Of a stretch of 64,000 nt of DNA, positions 62,541-64,000 are shown piece by piece. A program made the position numbers and the translations under genes. The notes under the pieces were generated by a model. The model saw nothing but the letters and a program-made list of their open reading frames with translations, was not told the DNA's origin and did no database searches. Origin of the DNA: Methanomassiliicoccales archaeon. Its GTDB lineage: Archaea; Thermoplasmatota; Thermoplasmata; RBG-16-68-12; SOIM01. Location of the stretch: NCBI GenBank assembly GCA_030593885.1, contig JAUVGH010000006.1, positions 180 to 64,179 on the forward strand. Direction: 5' to 3'. How positions within the stretch are numbered: the first letter of the stretch is position 1; every line of letters begins with the position of its first letter.

Positions 62541-64000
62541 TCACATTCTGTCAGGCGATTCGATTCCCAGAAGTGAAAGGCAATTTCTGAGAGTCTGCCT
62601 GGTCGCCTTGACCATCGCTATCCTCGATTCCTTCACTTCAGGTTCTTCCGCCCCCAGCACCGGGGACTTGTGGTAGAACTCCGTGAATTGTGTGGCAAGT
62701 TTGTAGGCGTAATCTGGCAAAAGATGTGGCCGCCGTTCCGCTGCTGCTGTGAATATGATGGACGGGAAATGCGAGATCAACCGGGTCAAGTCCCTCTCCG
62801 ATTCGTTGGTGAAGACTATATTCTCTGGTATGGACGTATCTTCGAACACGCCCCCTTTCCTCAGTATGCTGGATGCCCTTGCATGCGCGTACTGAACGTA
62901 GGGTGCCGCATCCCCTTCGAAATCCAGCGCATCTTCCCACGAGAACGTCAACTGCTTCATGGTCTGCACTTTCAGCATGTGGTACTTTATCGCTCCTATC
63001 GCGACTTGTTTGGCGATCTCCGCAACCTTCTCGTCGTCCAGTTCCTCGTTCCTGCTACGGACCTCTTTCTCCGCCCTGTCGATCCCTTCATCCAGCAGCT
63101 CATCGACCGAGACTATGACGCCTTTGCGTGTCGACATCCTCCGCCCCTTCATCCCAACGAAAGCGAAGTGAACCACGTCCAGGAGGTTATCATCCTTCAG
63201 GTCTCCCAGCAGTTTCAGAATCGTCTTCAGTTCCTTGTACTCCACCTTGTGATCCTCTCCGAGCACTATCAGGTTAGCGTCAGCCTGACCCAGCTTCCAC
63301 CTATGGTATGCAACATCCCTCACGATGTAGACCGACGTTCCATTAGGTCTTTGGAAGACCGTGCCTCCACCTCTTCTCTCCAGTCCGAACTCGGAAAGGT
63401 CGATGGCATTGGCCCCGGTGTCAAGTTCCAGGGATTGCGGTAGCGCCTTAAGATCCTCGATCGCCTTCTGAGCCGAACCGTCGAGGACAAAGCGGCTCTC
63501 GAAGTCAAAACTGTCGAACGTAATTCCCAGCCTTTCCAGTGTCTGCTTCTGCCCAGCGAGTACGTCTTCGACCACCTTCTTCAATCTGCCAATGGATTCC
63601 TCTTCCCCCTCCTCGCATCTCTCTGCAAGTTCGTCTATCTCTGAATCGAGGTTCTCATCTTCGATGAGTTTGGTCGTGGGAACGTAAGTGAAGAACACCT
63701 TGAAGTCCGGCTTATCTGCATACTTCTCGTACCTGCTCAGCAGTTCGTTCTCCGCAGGGCCGTCAGTTTCCTCCAATACCGGTTCTCCGCGCTCATCGAA
63801 TGTCAATGAATACTTCTCAGAGATCTTGTTCTCGATCCCCCACGCGATCGTTGCGACCTGCTTCCCCATGTCGTCCACGTAGAAATGGGTCTCAACGTCC
63901 CAGCCCACGGCCCTGGCCAATCCTGCCATTGTGTCTCCGATGAGAGAGTTCCTGACGCGACCTACGTTTATGGGTCCAGTTGGATTGATCGATGAGTGCT
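62541..64000 (-). CDS. argS: Arginyl-tRNA synthetase (5' end outside the window)
   Basis: The frame stays open to the window edge: ..HSSINPTGPINVGRVRNSLIGDTMAGLARAVGWDVETHFYVDDMGKQV.. is the ArgRS signature block, and the C-terminal anticodon-binding domain ends ..SPDRM. Confidence 0.88.
   Translation of the reverse strand, partial: HSSINPTGPINVGRVRNSLIGDTMAGLARAVGWDVETHFYVDDMGKQVATIAWGIENKISEKYSLTFDERGEPVLEETDGPAENELLSRYEKYADKPDFKVFFTYVPTTKLIEDENLDSEIDELAERCEEGEEESIGRLKKVVEDVLAGQKQTLERLGITFDSFDFESRFVLDGSAQKAIEDLKALPQSLELDTGANAIDLSEFGLERRGGGTVFQRPNGTSVYIVRDVAYHRWKLGQADANLIVLGEDHKVEYKELKTILKLLGDLKDDNLLDVVHFAFVGMKGRRMSTRKGVIVSVDELLDEGIDRAEKEVRSRNEELDDEKVAEIAKQVAIGAIKYHMLKVQTMKQLTFSWEDALDFEGDAAPYVQYAHARASSILRKGGVFEDTSIPENIVFTNESERDLTRLISHFPSIIFTAAAERRPHLLPDYAYKLATQFTEFYHKSPVLGAEEPEVKESRIAMVKATRQTLRNCLSLLGIESPDRM

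Noticed and set aside
1-64000. A scan for CRISPR repeats, IS elements, integrases, prophage genes, toxin-antitoxin pairs and rRNA.
   Set aside because: I saw no direct-repeat arrays, transposase or integrase motifs or terminal inverted repeats. The only stable RNAs found are tRNA-Arg and the C/D sRNA.

Overview
This is a tightly packed archaeal chromosomal segment of about 60 genes. It looks euryarchaeal and possibly Thermoplasmatota-like, but that is only an inference from gene content. GC content is roughly 50-55% by eye. I saw no mobile elements, CRISPR arrays or rRNA genes.

Housekeeping content:
- nadA, archaeal apgM and a K+-independent-type H+-pyrophosphatase.
- The rpoE'(rpo7)-spt4-DUF359-S24e-S27ae block.
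- An M29 aminopeptidase, the pyruvate:ferredoxin oxidoreductase genes porGDAB, and pyrF.
- A complete A1Ao ATP synthase operon (atpHIKECFABD) and hemD.
- An Lrp regulator followed by hypB-F-C-A-D, with a convergent hypE.
- A PAC2-like chaperone, an SDR and an MBL hydrolase.
- A lipoylation cluster: split LplA plus two radical-SAM genes that look like LipS1/LipS2.
- An HD hydrolase, a LarA-like protein, ileS and a glycosylation cluster.
- A class-B radical-SAM gene with a membrane partner, an aminotransferase, tRNA-Arg(TCG) and a partial argS.

Most interesting region, 16.0-22.4 kb: two paralogous Rab/Ras-like small GTPases with an unusual DxxGE G3 motif lie directly upstream of a 1622-aa sequon-rich surface protein. 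That protein has cadherin-like modules and a single C-terminal TM helix. Its 155-aa cytoplasmic tail resembles a Roadblock/MglB domain. All three genes are preceded by the same ACTTTTAAGTA palindromic promoter-like motif.

Other notable items:
- A 789-aa coiled-coil protein with a PATAN/DUF4388-like head.
- A canonical C/D box sRNA missing from the ORF track (167-230, minus strand).
- An unlisted 55-aa CxxC-x17-CxxC gene.
- A 1303-aa FG-GAP/transglutaminase/Fn3 secreted protein.
- A signal-peptide-bearing N-terminal ectodomain on the pyrophosphatase.
- Three convergent gene pairs that share overlapping stop codons.

All domain calls come from motif reading by eye. No searches were run.
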